Shown here piece by piece: positions 1-9,474 of a DNA stretch of 64,000 nt. Positions within the stretch are counted from its first letter, which is position 1. Each line of letters starts with the position of its first letter. Position numbers and translations under genes: made by a program. Source of the stretch: Methylobacter sp. (GTDB taxonomy: Bacteria > Pseudomonadota > Gammaproteobacteria > Methylococcales > Methylomonadaceae); contig JALNYY010000005.1 of the NCBI GenBank assembly GCA_023229605.1, positions 485-64,484 on the forward strand, written 5' to 3'. The notes below the pieces were generated by a model. It was not told where the DNA came from. It made no database searches and saw only the letters and a program-made list of their open reading frames with translations.

Positions 1-1
1 C

Positions 2-1570
2 CAGGCGCTAAAATATGAAACGATTCCGGCCAGCCTGCATTGCGAGCAGGAGAACGATTATATCCGCTGGCGGGAAAGCCCGTTCTATGTCAACAAACGG
101 AAAAAAGCCTGGACTAAACAGCCGGGACAGCTGCGTATCGGCGCGGTCAGCGCTTTCGGCATGAGCGGCACCAATGCGCATATGGTGCTGCAAAATCATG
201 TCGCCGAACCCGCGCAGGCGTCGGCATCCTCGCCGTATTACCTGCTGGCGGTTTCGGCCAAAACCGAGTCTGCGTTACAGGAACAAATCCGGCAAATGGT
301 CGCGTATCTGCAAAAGCCTGAATCGGCTCGGCAGGGACTGGATAGCATCAGCTACACCTTGCTGCAAGGGCGGCATCACTTCCAGCACCGGTGCGCGATC
401 GTGGTTTCCGATGCTCAGCATGCGGTTGAAATCTGGAACCGGGCGGTTAATCAGGAGATCGGCGGCGATTGTTGCCGCGGCGTCGTCAGCCGCGAATTTA
501 CCGGCCAGAAAGCGATAAGCCATTACATCACGGACCTTACCGGTCAGGGCCGCGATTTGTTGGACAAGGCGAACGAATACCGGGAAATGCTGCTGGCGCT
601 GGCGGATTTTTATTGCCAGGGTTACGACATCCCGTGGCAAAACCTGTACCCGGCAACACCCCGGCGCGTCAGTTTGCCGGGCTATCCTTTTGCCAGAGAG
701 CATTACTGGATTGATGAGGAGCCTGAGCAGGAGCCGGTTGCAGTCGAAGTGCCTGAAGCCAGGCTGCATCCACTGGTGCACCGAAATATTTCCAGCCTGC
801 AAAAACAGCAGTTTGCCTCTACATTTACCGGCGATGAGCGTTATATGGTGCGCTATCAGCAGGCGCAACAGCAGTTCATCCCGGCGTTGTTTTATCCTGA
901 AATGGCCCGCTTTGCGGCCGAACAGGCAACGGGGCAGCCGGTTGCCGGGCTGAAAAACATGGTTTGGGGAACGCCGCTGGTTTATCGGCAGGGCAGTGAA
1001 CACACATTAACCGTCGGCCTGCACAAACAGGATGGCGATATTCTTTATTCGATCGACACGGACGGGCAGCAAGAAGCCTGCAACCACTTCGGCGAAGTCA
1101 TCATCGACAGTTCCTCTATACAGTTGCCTGAATCGGTTGATTTTTCAAGGCTGCGGGCCGGATTGCAGCGGATGGAGCCGGATAGTGTTCTTGCGGATCA
1201 GGCTGCCGCAGCTATAGCCGATATTTACTGTAGCGGAACGGAGCTGCTGGCGACGCTGAATCTGCCTGGAAATGCCAACGATCAAATCAGGGGCGTGCTG
1301 TTCCAGCCTCTGTTCATCAATGCGGCATGGCGGCTGCTTCAGTTTTTTGCCCGGAACGGGGCGGCATTATTGCCGTTTTCGCTGCAACGGATAGCGGCGT
1401 CCGGCGCGCTGCCGGATCAGCTTGTGCTGCATCTGGTGCACAAAGGCGGTACTATTGAGCATCAGCAAAAATACGATATAACGTTCTACGATGCGAATGG
1501 AAAGGCATGTCTGCAGTTGCAGGAGCTGACGCTCACCACGCAAGACAGGCTATTTAACATTTCGATTTAA
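2..1570 (+). CDS. 3' end of a trans-AT type I polyketide synthase (KS C-terminus, docking/flanking subdomain, degenerate DH-like domain); gene begins before the window
   Basis: Frame 2 is open from base 2 (QALKYETIPASLHC...RIGAVSAFGMSGTNAHMVL, the KS C-terminal signature). Then LLAVSAKT, SYTLLQGRHHF and RRVSLPGYPFAREHYWI (trans-AT flanking subdomain) and HPLVHRNIS (DH start). No AT domain. Confidence 0.9.
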   Translation, partial: QALKYETIPASLHCEQENDYIRWRESPFYVNKRKKAWTKQPGQLRIGAVSAFGMSGTNAHMVLQNHVAEPAQASASSPYYLLAVSAKTESALQEQIRQMVAYLQKPESARQGLDSISYTLLQGRHHFQHRCAIVVSDAQHAVEIWNRAVNQEIGGDCCRGVVSREFTGQKAISHYITDLTGQGRDLLDKANEYREMLLALADFYCQGYDIPWQNLYPATPRRVSLPGYPFAREHYWIDEEPEQEPVAVEVPEARLHPLVHRNISSLQKQQFASTFTGDERYMVRYQQAQQQFIPALFYPEMARFAAEQATGQPVAGLKNMVWGTPLVYRQGSEHTLTVGLHKQDGDILYSIDTDGQQEACNHFGEVIIDSSSIQLPESVDFSRLRAGLQRMEPDSVLADQAAAAIADIYCSGTELLATLNLPGNANDQIRGVLFQPLFINAAWRLLQFFARNGAALLPFSLQRIAASGALPDQLVLHLVHKGGTIEHQQKYDITFYDANGKACLQLQELTLTTQDRLFNISI

Positions 1571-1720
1571 GACCAGACACAGATGGAGCAACGCGAAACA
1601 CAGCGGGTAAAGCGCCCTCATCGAAGCATTGTAAGGGTAAATTCGTTCGTCATGAGCTTGTCGAATGGGATGAACGAATTTACGGCACCTCAAGTACGAT
1701 ATCAATCTATTTCTTATTTG

Positions 1721-2143
1721 TAACTGATGTTACGCAGACATCACTAAATTCGGTTATTCTGTGGGAATGAAAAAAGCAGAATTAGAGTCATACACAGATT
1801 ATTTGATAAGCACGTTTGGAGCAGCGACAGCCACTCGTCGATGGTAGATATAGTAAGCCATGACCGAGTGACGCGTTTTTTGTCAGAACGCGAATATACA
1901 TGGAAAGTCGAAGTGTTTCACAAGTCTTTGAAATCCAACGCCGCATTGGCAAAGTCGCCGACCCGCAGGGTCACAACGCAAAACAATCATGTATTCATGT
2001 CGATTTACGCGGTATTCAAGTTGGAATGCCTGAAGTTAAAACACAAATCCAACCATTTTGCGTTGAGGGCGAAGCTTTTTATTAAAGCAACCCGTCAAGC
2101 CTATGCCGAACCTCAGGCTCTACAGGCTGCGTAACATCAGTTA
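1721..2143 (+). mobile_element. Internally deleted IS701-family element (MITE-sized remnant)
   Basis: Perfect 17-bp terminal inverted repeats TAACTGATGTTACGCAG (1721-1737) / CTGCGTAACATCAGTTA (2127-2143). Interior has a frameshifted transposase N-terminus (MKKAELESYTDYLIS; SHDRVTRFL) joined directly to the C-terminus (WKVEVFHKSLKSNA...QNNH). Confidence 0.85.
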
Positions 2144-2220
2144 GAAGAACAAAATCACTGTTTTGTTTAAGAAATGGATCTGTTCGATAAAAATATACGG
2201 TCAGTGACGCGCAGGCTAAA

Positions 2221-2253
2221 ACAATTGTCACAATTGTCACAATTGTCACAATT
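2221..2253. repeat. Short tandem repeat (ACAATTGTC) x3 plus a partial copy
   Basis: acaattgtc-acaattgtc-acaattgtc-acaatt; each unit contains the palindrome ACAATTGT. Confidence 0.9.
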
Positions 2254-2348
2254 ATTGCACCAAGCAAGTAGAATAAACGGCCGTATATTTTGTGTTTATA
2301 ATCCAGTATATTTTACAGTACGACACTTATGAGTTATTGGGAGCTATT

Positions 2349-2870
2349 ATGAAGCGGACAGCCTTATTTACACTACTGCCGGTGATCTTGAGCGGCTTTG
2401 CCACGGGTTGCGAACAAGGCCAGAAAACGGCAAAAGTGAGTCAATCCGTGATCAAAAAATACACGCAAGCGACTATATTGGAGGGGACGGTCAGCAATGA
2501 CAAAGGCGTGGTTAAAGCCGGCACGGTGGAAGCGAGTGATGAAGACGGTCATCTTCTTACCCGTGTGGCTGTGGACAATGGTCATTACAGTGTGGAAATC
2601 CCAGCCAATACGATTTTACCGATTCTGTTGACGTTTTCTTCCGAGCCTGGCGCAGAGAAATTAGTCGCCGCAGTCGTCCATGACTCGATTACGAAATATG
2701 AGATTAATCCATTAACGACGGCGATTGCAGCAGCTGCAAAAACGATGGGCGGCTATACCCACGCCAATATGATCCGCGCGGCGGAAGCCGCCGCACATGT
2801 TCCCGACGCCAACAAAACCACAACCGGTTGGCGCGGCGACCCGACTACCCAATACGGTGGGTGGCATTAA
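2349..2870 (+). CDS. Putative lipoprotein of unknown function
   Basis: GGAG precedes ATG 2349; signal peptide MKRTALF...FATGC with lipobox Cys; C-terminus GWRGDPTTQYGGWH. Confidence 0.75.
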   Translation: MKRTALFTLLPVILSGFATGCEQGQKTAKVSQSVIKKYTQATILEGTVSNDKGVVKAGTVEASDEDGHLLTRVAVDNGHYSVEIPANTILPILLTFSSEPGAEKLVAAVVHDSITKYEINPLTTAIAAAAKTMGGYTHANMIRAAEAAAHVPDANKTTTGWRGDPTTQYGGWH

Positions 2871-2935
2871 TTGAGTTCCATTAAGTTCTTCGGTCATTCG
2901 ATAAGATAAGAAGGCAGGGCGGTGGAATAGCGTTC

Positions 2936-3580
2936 TCAGTTTTTCCTGACCCCCAGGACCATTGCAATATGCGCCAGTTCGGCGACGGATGACACGTTAA
3001 GCTTGTTTCTTATTTGCGTGCCGTAATTGGCGACGGTTTTATAGCCCAAGCAAAGTTCGTCGGCGATTTTATGTGCGGTCAGGCCTTTTGCCAGCAGCAG
3101 GAATACGTCGAACTCTCTGGCGGACAGGCTATCAACAATGGTTTTGTAATCGGCTTCGTTATTTTGCATGGGCGTGTTTTTCATCAAGCCCTGTTCTATA
3201 TAAATCTCGCCCGCGGCTATTTTCTGTATCGCTTCTACCAGTATTCCGGGGGCGCTGTTTTTGGTGATATAGCCTTTTGCACCGGCATTCATGGCCCTAT
3301 CCACATATACCATTTCATCGTGAACGCTAAATACCAATATCCTGGCGTTACTATCGCGGTTGCAGATGCGGCGTATGCTTTCCAGTCCACCGATGCCGGG
3401 CATCGATAAGTCCAGCACCATGACATCCGGCTGCTGTTCCAGATACAGCTGGCAGGCCGCTTCGCCCCGTTCGGCTTCGGCGATCACATCAATATCGGCC
3501 GCTGTCGATAACAGCATCCTGAAACCTGCGCGCACCACAGCATGGTCGTCAACCAGAATGACTTTTATTTTCCCTTTCAT
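2936..3580 (-). CDS. NarL/LuxR-family response regulator (MoxX/MxcE-like)
   Basis: Receiver motifs LVDDH, DLSMPG, GYITK and LuxR HTH LSAREFDVF...KTVANY; overlaps the kinase stop codon. Confidence 0.92.
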   Translation of the reverse strand: MKGKIKVILVDDHAVVRAGFRMLLSTAADIDVIAEAERGEAACQLYLEQQPDVMVLDLSMPGIGGLESIRRICNRDSNARILVFSVHDEMVYVDRAMNAGAKGYITKNSAPGILVEAIQKIAAGEIYIEQGLMKNTPMQNNEADYKTIVDSLSAREFDVFLLLAKGLTAHKIADELCLGYKTVANYGTQIRNKLNVSSVAELAHIAMVLGVRKN

Positions 3581-4917
3581 GGCAGCGGAATAGTCGCAAT
3601 GACGCTCATACCTAGCTGCGGCCGGGTTTGTATAGTGAATTCGCCGCCCAGGCTGTTGATTCTTTCTTTCATGCCCAATAAGCCAAAACCGGTTTTAATC
3701 GTGTCAGTTGCACAGCCTTGCCCATCGTCGGTTACCTGTAATCGTAGCGCCTTTCCGGTTTTTGCCTGATGATCTATTTCCAGGCTGATGGCTGCTTGCT
3801 TGGCCTGTGCATGACGAACAATATTGGTTAAGCATTCCTGTACGACCCTGAATATTTGAATGGTGATTTTTTGCTCCAGGTCATCGACTTCGTCTGGGCA
3901 GTCGATAGTGAGTTTTAACTCAGGATTTCTAATCGCCCAGTGATTTAACAGGTCCTCCATGGTGGCTTTCAATCCCAGTTCGGTTAATACCAGAGGATGC
4001 AGTTGATGCATCATGGAGCGCACCACGGTCATTAAATGGTCGCAGATACTGATAATGGAGTCGGTAGACTGTTTAATATCGGCCCTCATGTCTTCAGCTT
4101 GGGAGCGCCCGGCAGTTACCGCCATGACTTTAATGGCAGTCAGCGATTGCCCCAGTTCGTCATGCAATTCCTGCGACAGCCGTTGCCGTTCATCTTCCTG
4201 TATCTCCAGGGTATGCTGGGTTAATGCCCGGTTTTTCTGTTGGCTGGCATTCAACTCCCCGGTCATGTGATTGATAGCTTTAGCGATACTGTCATATTCC
4301 TGAATCGAAAAGTCGGGTAGTTTTTGGCTGTACTGTCCGGTTTCTATGACTTTTAGCGCATCGACAATGACGGCGATGGATTTAAGGGCTTTGTTAAAAG
4401 CCAGATTGACGGCCAAAAAGGTAAAGAGTGTCAGCAAAAAAATCGAGCCAAAAAAACCAATGCTTTCTTGCCAGACTTCGGTGATTTCATCCAGCGGGTT
4501 GGCCTGAATAATCAGGGTGATTTGCTCGCCGTTAAAGCTGGTGATTTGATGCTCAACCTTGGGGTAGTCAGCTGAAACCAGATTGATGAACCACTGCGGC
4601 GGCTTTTCGCCGTCACTGGTTAGCCGGTTTTTATGGGCAAAACTGATGACCCGCCCTGAAGGTTCTTTTAATTGAATGCTCAAATGCCGGGTCTGGTTCA
4701 GCGAATTGAACTTCGGCAGCCACTTGGTTTCATTAAACGGAGTTTGCGACGCCTGCGAAAAGCCGAAAGTTATCAGTTGTACGGCCAAGTTGATGGACGA
4801 ATCGATTTCTTTATTCACCGCATCGCGCGCCTGCCAGATAGCTATCGAACTGCCCAGTATCAGGATACACAGGGAAGAGATCAAGATTCGTATGTTAATT
4901 TGGTAGCGCAGACTCAT
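3577..4917 (-). CDS. HAMP + HisKA_3 sensor histidine kinase (MoxY/MxcQ-like methanol-utilisation type)
   Basis: Two TM segments with a periplasmic domain, HAMP, H-box ERQRLSQELHDELGQ, N-box VQECLTNIVRHA, DDGQG, GFGLLGMKER. Start may be up to 27 nt further upstream (4944). Confidence 0.88.
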   Translation of the reverse strand: MSLRYQINIRILISSLCILILGSSIAIWQARDAVNKEIDSSINLAVQLITFGFSQASQTPFNETKWLPKFNSLNQTRHLSIQLKEPSGRVISFAHKNRLTSDGEKPPQWFINLVSADYPKVEHQITSFNGEQITLIIQANPLDEITEVWQESIGFFGSIFLLTLFTFLAVNLAFNKALKSIAVIVDALKVIETGQYSQKLPDFSIQEYDSIAKAINHMTGELNASQQKNRALTQHTLEIQEDERQRLSQELHDELGQSLTAIKVMAVTAGRSQAEDMRADIKQSTDSIISICDHLMTVVRSMMHQLHPLVLTELGLKATMEDLLNHWAIRNPELKLTIDCPDEVDDLEQKITIQIFRVVQECLTNIVRHAQAKQAAISLEIDHQAKTGKALRLQVTDDGQGCATDTIKTGFGLLGMKERINSLGGEFTIQTRPQLGMSVIATIPLP

Positions 4918-5129
4918 TTGCATGGGTATGAAAAATTCCGGCAAATAGCGATATTATTCATTCATAGGCATTTATTCGCTATAGGAAAAATTCTTTTTCT
5001 CGTAATGCTGTTCTTAACGCTATTGTTATAACAGGATTTTCATCAGTGATTACCTCTAATTAAGGGTAATCCAGTAACCTTGGAATATCCTTTTTATCCT
5101 GATACTTGAAAAGCCGATCAAATTTAGAG

Positions 5130-5158
5130 TTGACAGAAGGAGGAGTAAAAAGCATAAT
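5130..5158 (+). promoter_or_regulatory. Sigma70 promoter for the tRNA pair
   Basis: TTGACA (5130-5135), 17-bp spacer, CATAAT (5153-5158), 15 nt before tRNA-Arg. Confidence 0.8.
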
Positions 5159-5173
5159 ACGCGTCTCAGTACG

Positions 5174-5250
5174 GCGCCCGTAGCTCAGCTGGATAGAGTA
5201 CTCGGCTACGAACCGAGCGGTCGGGAGTTCGAATCTCTCCGGGCGCGCCA
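5174..5250 (+). tRNA. tRNA-Arg(ACG)
   Basis: 77 nt cloverleaf GCGCCCG...CGGGCGC GCCA, anticodon loop CTACGAA, T-loop GTTCGAATC. Confidence 0.97.
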
Positions 5251-5267
5251 CACTGAAAAAAGTTTAA

Positions 5268-5343
5268 TCCCCTGTAGCTCAGTCGGTAGAGCGGATGACT
5301 GTTAATCATTAGGTCGGCGGTTCGAGCCCGTCCGGGGGAGCCA
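5268..5343 (+). tRNA. tRNA-Asn(GTT)
   Basis: 76 nt, TCCCCTG...CGGGGGA GCCA, anticodon loop CTGTTAA, GTTCGAG T-loop. Confidence 0.97.
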
Positions 5344-5350
5344 AAAAATT

Positions 5351-5383
5351 AAAGCCCTTGCAGCAATGTAAGGGCTTTTTTTT
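5351..5383 (+). terminator. Intrinsic terminator after the tRNAs
   Basis: AAAGCCCTTGCA...TGTAAGGGCTTT followed by a T-run. Confidence 0.8.
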
Positions 5384-5541
5384 GCCTGTTCTCCGGTCAT
5401 GTTCCGGTTCGAGGCCGATTTTTCTCAATTAGGTCCAACCAATTTGTTCCAAGCGGCATCCCAAAATTCGCCTTGTTTTTCGGTAGGACGAATGACTTTA
5501 TTGCCCGCTTCGATTATTGGAAGAGAAATCGCCCCTTTGAT

Positions 5542-5835
5542 TTACCATCCAGAATAACCAAAGTATCCATAATCGAATTGGTTCATGTCTCTAGCGTTGT
5601 CATACATAGCTTCTTCCTGTCGTATCTGGTATTTTATGGCTTCGTCATACTGACTGATTTGTTGGGCCTCTCTAAAATCGCCTTCCCTCAATTCATGCAT
5701 GACATCCGCTTGCTCTTGAGCGTTAATGTCGGCTATTTCCCTATAGGCCATTTCGTCAACGTAATCGTAGCCATAGGCCAGTGCTGTGCTGCTGGCGCAA
5801 ATCATCATAAAGCCTATTATTACTTCTTTTTTCAT
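5542..5835 (-). CDS. Small secreted acidic protein of unknown function
   Basis: Signal peptide MKKEVIIGFMMICASSTALA; GAGGA upstream; Tyr/Gly-rich ends. Confidence 0.7.
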   Translation of the reverse strand: MKKEVIIGFMMICASSTALAYGYDYVDEMAYREIADINAQEQADVMHELREGDFREAQQISQYDEAIKYQIRQEEAMYDNARDMNQFDYGYFGYSGW

Positions 5836-6215
5836 AGGTAAAAATCCTCGCTCAAAAGTTAACTTCGGAAAGCTATTTAAGTTGGAGCTACTTTCCTATA
5901 AATAGGCTGAACAGCTGCTTAATACAAGACCCACCATTCAAAATTGATGATTACGCATGATCTGATGTAATCAGTAAAATCGTTTTTTACACATATCGCC
6001 ATCTTGTCCAGCATAGATAAACTACGTCTTAATAATTAGGTTAAAATAGGGCGTTGAATAAATCAGTTTTTCAGCATACAAGTAAATGCCTGATTTGGTT
6101 GAAACATTAAATATTTCACCAATATTCTCATGATAGTGATTTTGCCCTTCCGGAACGGGAAGATTAAAAGCCGTTTATTGTTTTTTATTGATGCACCTGT
6201 AAGTTGGAGTTTTAA

Positions 6216-7868
6216 ATGATTGAGTTGAAAAAGAGTAAGAGTTTTACGGGTCCGGAAGGTCCGGTGGTGTTGGTGATTATGGACGGGGTCGGAATTGGTA
6301 AAAATCCGGAAAGCGATTTTGTGAAACAGGCAAATACTCCGAATCTGACTTGGTTGCATGAGAATGCTCTGTATACTGAGTTGCGCGCGCACGGCGTTGC
6401 AGTGGGGCTGCCGGACGACGGGGATATGGGCAATTCGGAAGTGGGTCATAACGCCATCGGCTGCGGCCGTATTTTTGAGCAGGGCGCGGCGTTGGTTGGA
6501 AAGGCGATTGCCTCGGGCGCGATGTATGCTCCCGGTTCGGTTTGGCAGGAGCTTATTTCCAATGTCAATGACAGATCGTCGACGCTGCACTTTATAGGCC
6601 TGTTTTCGGATGGAAATGTACACTCCAACCTGAATCATTTGGAATCGATGTTGCGGAAGGCGAAGGAGCAGGGCGTAAAGAAGGCTCGGGTTCATGCGTT
6701 GATTGACGGGCGCGATGTGCCGCCGACGTCGGCATTGGACTATGTCGAGCGCTTCGACGCCTTCTTGAAAGAAATCAATGCAGACGGCTCGGTCGATTAT
6801 TGCGTGGCATCGGGCGGCGGGCGCATGAATATTACGATGGATCGTTATGACGCCAATTGGGATATGGTGAAGCGCGGCTGGGCGACGCATGTGAAAGCGG
6901 AAGGCCGGACCTTTGCTTCGATGAAAGAAGCTGTGGAAACTTTCCGTGTTGAAAATCCGGGTATTTTGGACCAGGATTTACCCGCGTTTGTCATTGAGCG
7001 CGACGGCGCGCCTGTGGGGCCGATTGTGGACGGCGACAGCGTCATCTTCTTTAACTTCCGCGGCGACCGGTCGTTGGAAATTACCAAAGCCTTTGAAGCG
7101 GATGAATTGAGGGAATTCGATCGCGGCCCGAAACCGGACGTGTTGTATGCGGGCATGATGCAATATGACGGCGACCTTGGGGTGCCGGCGCGGTATCTGG
7201 TGACGCCTCCGGCGATTGACCGTACGATGAGCGAGTATCTCTCGAATGCGGGGGTCAAACAGCTGGCTATTTCGGAAACGCAGAAATATGGCCACATGAC
7301 CTATTTTTTCAATGGCAATAATTCGGGCAGGTTCCCGACCGAGACCTGGAAAGAGATTCCGTCGGATGTATGCCCGTTCGAGGATGCGCCGCGGATGAAA
7401 GCGGATGAAATTACCGATGTTGTGGTGCAGGCGATTGAGAGCGGGGAATATAAGTTTATCCGCCTGAATTTCCCGAACGGCGACATGGTGGGGCATACGG
7501 GCGTGGTCAGCGCAGTAAAAGTGGCTGTCGAAGCCGTGGATGAAAATGTCGGCAGGATTATGGACGCACTGAAGAAGGCCAACGGAATTATGGTTTGCAC
7601 GGCCGATCACGGCAATGCGGACGACATGTGCGAACTTGATAAAAAGACCGGCGCGTTGGTGTTGGATGAGCAGGGGCGGTGTAAACCGAAGACCGCTCAT
7701 TCGTTGAATCCGGTGCCTGGGATTGTGTACGATCCGTCCGGGGCCGCCAATGCTCGTCTGGCTGATGTGCCGGGAGCCGGCATTGCAAATCTGGCGGCGA
7801 CGTGTATCACGCTGTTGGGCTTTGAGCCGCCGGAAGATTATGCCGCAAGCATAGTGAAAGTCGGCTAA
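6216..7868 (+). CDS. gpmI: 2,3-bisphosphoglycerate-independent phosphoglycerate mutase
   Basis: IMDGVG, MGNSEVGH (catalytic Ser), SDGNVHS, DGRD, FNFRGDR, SETQKYGH, NGDMVGHTG, TADHGN. Confidence 0.96.
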   Translation: MIELKKSKSFTGPEGPVVLVIMDGVGIGKNPESDFVKQANTPNLTWLHENALYTELRAHGVAVGLPDDGDMGNSEVGHNAIGCGRIFEQGAALVGKAIASGAMYAPGSVWQELISNVNDRSSTLHFIGLFSDGNVHSNLNHLESMLRKAKEQGVKKARVHALIDGRDVPPTSALDYVERFDAFLKEINADGSVDYCVASGGGRMNITMDRYDANWDMVKRGWATHVKAEGRTFASMKEAVETFRVENPGILDQDLPAFVIERDGAPVGPIVDGDSVIFFNFRGDRSLEITKAFEADELREFDRGPKPDVLYAGMMQYDGDLGVPARYLVTPPAIDRTMSEYLSNAGVKQLAISETQKYGHMTYFFNGNNSGRFPTETWKEIPSDVCPFEDAPRMKADEITDVVVQAIESGEYKFIRLNFPNGDMVGHTGVVSAVKVAVEAVDENVGRIMDALKKANGIMVCTADHGNADDMCELDKKTGALVLDEQGRCKPKTAHSLNPVPGIVYDPSGAANARLADVPGAGIANLAATCITLLGFEPPEDYAASIVKVG

Positions 7869-7886
7869 GTTTGGTTATAACTCCAA

Positions 7887-8025
7887 TTAACCTAGAAAAA
7901 TCAGTTGAGCATTTCAAATGGGTGGAGCGTGAAATCCGCTCATACTTCGACAAGGCTCTCCTGAGCGCAGCCGAAGGGCTCAGCACGAACGGATTTCACG
8001 CGTTCCAACTGATTTTTAGGATTAA
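7887..8025. repeat. Palindromic MITE/REPIN-like element, family A (copy 1)
   Basis: Terminal inverted repeats TTAACCTAGAAAAATCAGTTG / CAACTGATTTTTAGGATTAA with inner GCGTGAAATCCG / CGGATTTCACGC; related copy at 19824-19905. Confidence 0.75.
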
Positions 8026-8267
8026 TGAGTGCTCGCTTATGACAGGCCTCGGGCATTAGGAATATGGTTTGATATTTGCCCCCGGTGGACTGGAGAAGGC
8101 TTTCTGGAGCGATTTGGTAGCGGGGTGGGCGGTGTGAATGTACTGCCTTCTGGGTTCATGGCGGCGCCTGGGGCGTTTCCTGCTCATGGCTAGACGCCAG
8201 AGCGAGTAACGGCACGGCTAAAAAATTACAAGTTACCGCCAAGGAGTGATATTCGGTTTTAGCGGTT

Positions 8268-8315
8268 CTGTTAATCATTAGGTCGGCGGTTCGATCCCTT
8301 CTCCCAGGGGAGCCA
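8268..8315 (+). repeat. Duplicated 3' half of tRNA-Asn (attR-like site)
   Basis: 27 nt (8268-8294) identical to tRNA-Asn 5299-5325, then degenerate GGGGAGCCA and its own terminator hairpin (8321-8354). Confidence 0.85.
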
Positions 8316-8813
8316 AAAAATAAAGGCCTGTAGCGGTTTCGTTACAGGCCTTTATTTACGCCTGGAATAAAAGATGTCGGCAATTATCTTGCAGTTGAGA
8401 GTCGCTCACCACGACAGTCGGCATTAGATACACTACTCACAAATAGCAGGGCCAGACCTGAAAGAATGTCCTGTTTTTGCGTAATGAGTCAGGCTGACCA
8501 TTTTTGTGAACATATCGGGCATGACCAGATTTGCCTCCCGCTTGTGCAGCTTAACTTTTGGGAAAGCTGTAGACCGAGATACAGTCCGGGCTCAAATCGC
8601 CCAATTATTTGTCAACACGAGTTACTGAACGCAACGGCCAACGATCAACAGCGTGTAAAAATAATCAGTTAATCCTGAAAACATCATTGCAAGTGGTCAA
8701 AATAAAAATTTAACCTGACGGTCTATTGAAGCACCTATCAGGTTAAATTCAGCCGGTCAGTTTTTTATTCCAAGCGGCTTCTTGAATAAACAAAGCGCGA
8801 GGTGCGCAACAGG

Positions 8814-9104
8814 TTAAATGCCGTTGGGATAGTCGTAGCTGTAATGCTTGCGCAATGGCTTGATCACTTCCCATTGACTTTCCAATCCTGCGTGGAACGA
8901 TACCAAATCGCCCGGTAGAATGCGTACCGGCTCGCCCTCGGCTGGAGTTACCAAAATTTCGCCATCCAGTACATAAGCGCATTCGGTTTCGTCAAAATCT
9001 ATCGGAAATTTTGAGATTTCTTTTTCCCAGATTTCCCAGCTGGAAACGCCCAACTCTTTTAACCGCTCTTCGCTAGGGTTGTGTTCGATGGTAATTTTAC
9101 TCAT
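8814..9104 (-). CDS. Cupin-domain protein (DUF861/cupin_3-like)
   Basis: WEIWEKE...ETECAYVLDGE...PGDLVSF...W...PLRKHY pattern. Confidence 0.85.
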   Translation of the reverse strand: MSKITIEHNPSEERLKELGVSSWEIWEKEISKFPIDFDETECAYVLDGEILVTPAEGEPVRILPGDLVSFHAGLESQWEVIKPLRKHYSYDYPNGI

Positions 9105-9474
9105 GTTCTTCCTAAAAAATTAAAATTATTGGAGCGATGATTCTAGCATCCGGCCTGCCTTTGTACCATCGGCATAGCGGCTTCGATAATTTTGTTGGGT
9201 GCAATCTATTTGGGTAGCGGGAATAAATGAGGTGAAAAACCTTTGGCTCGAGAGATTCGTCTGCGCAGCGGCCGAAGCAAAATCAAAGCACTTGATAACA
9301 AGCTGTACTCAGTTTGAAGTTGTATATTATTATGCAGACCGTAATTTTGCTTTCCCGCTGGGCTGCCCGATTCCTTATAAACCTTGCAATGCCGCGAAGT
9401 AAGGCGGCGATTAGCGCAATCTGTGAGGCTTTTTATTGGCCCATAATGTTAAGTTTTCCGCGAAGAGGATTTTC

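Noticed and set aside
2082-2267. 61-aa ORF with an IVTIVTIVT repeat
   Set aside because: It is a reading of the 9-bp tandem repeat that runs into the IS701 end; no independent support.
5060-5251. 63-aa ORF MARPERFELPT...
   Set aside because: It is the antisense translation of tRNA-Arg.
7871-8059. 62-aa ORF after gpmI
   Set aside because: It is a translation of the palindromic family A repeat.
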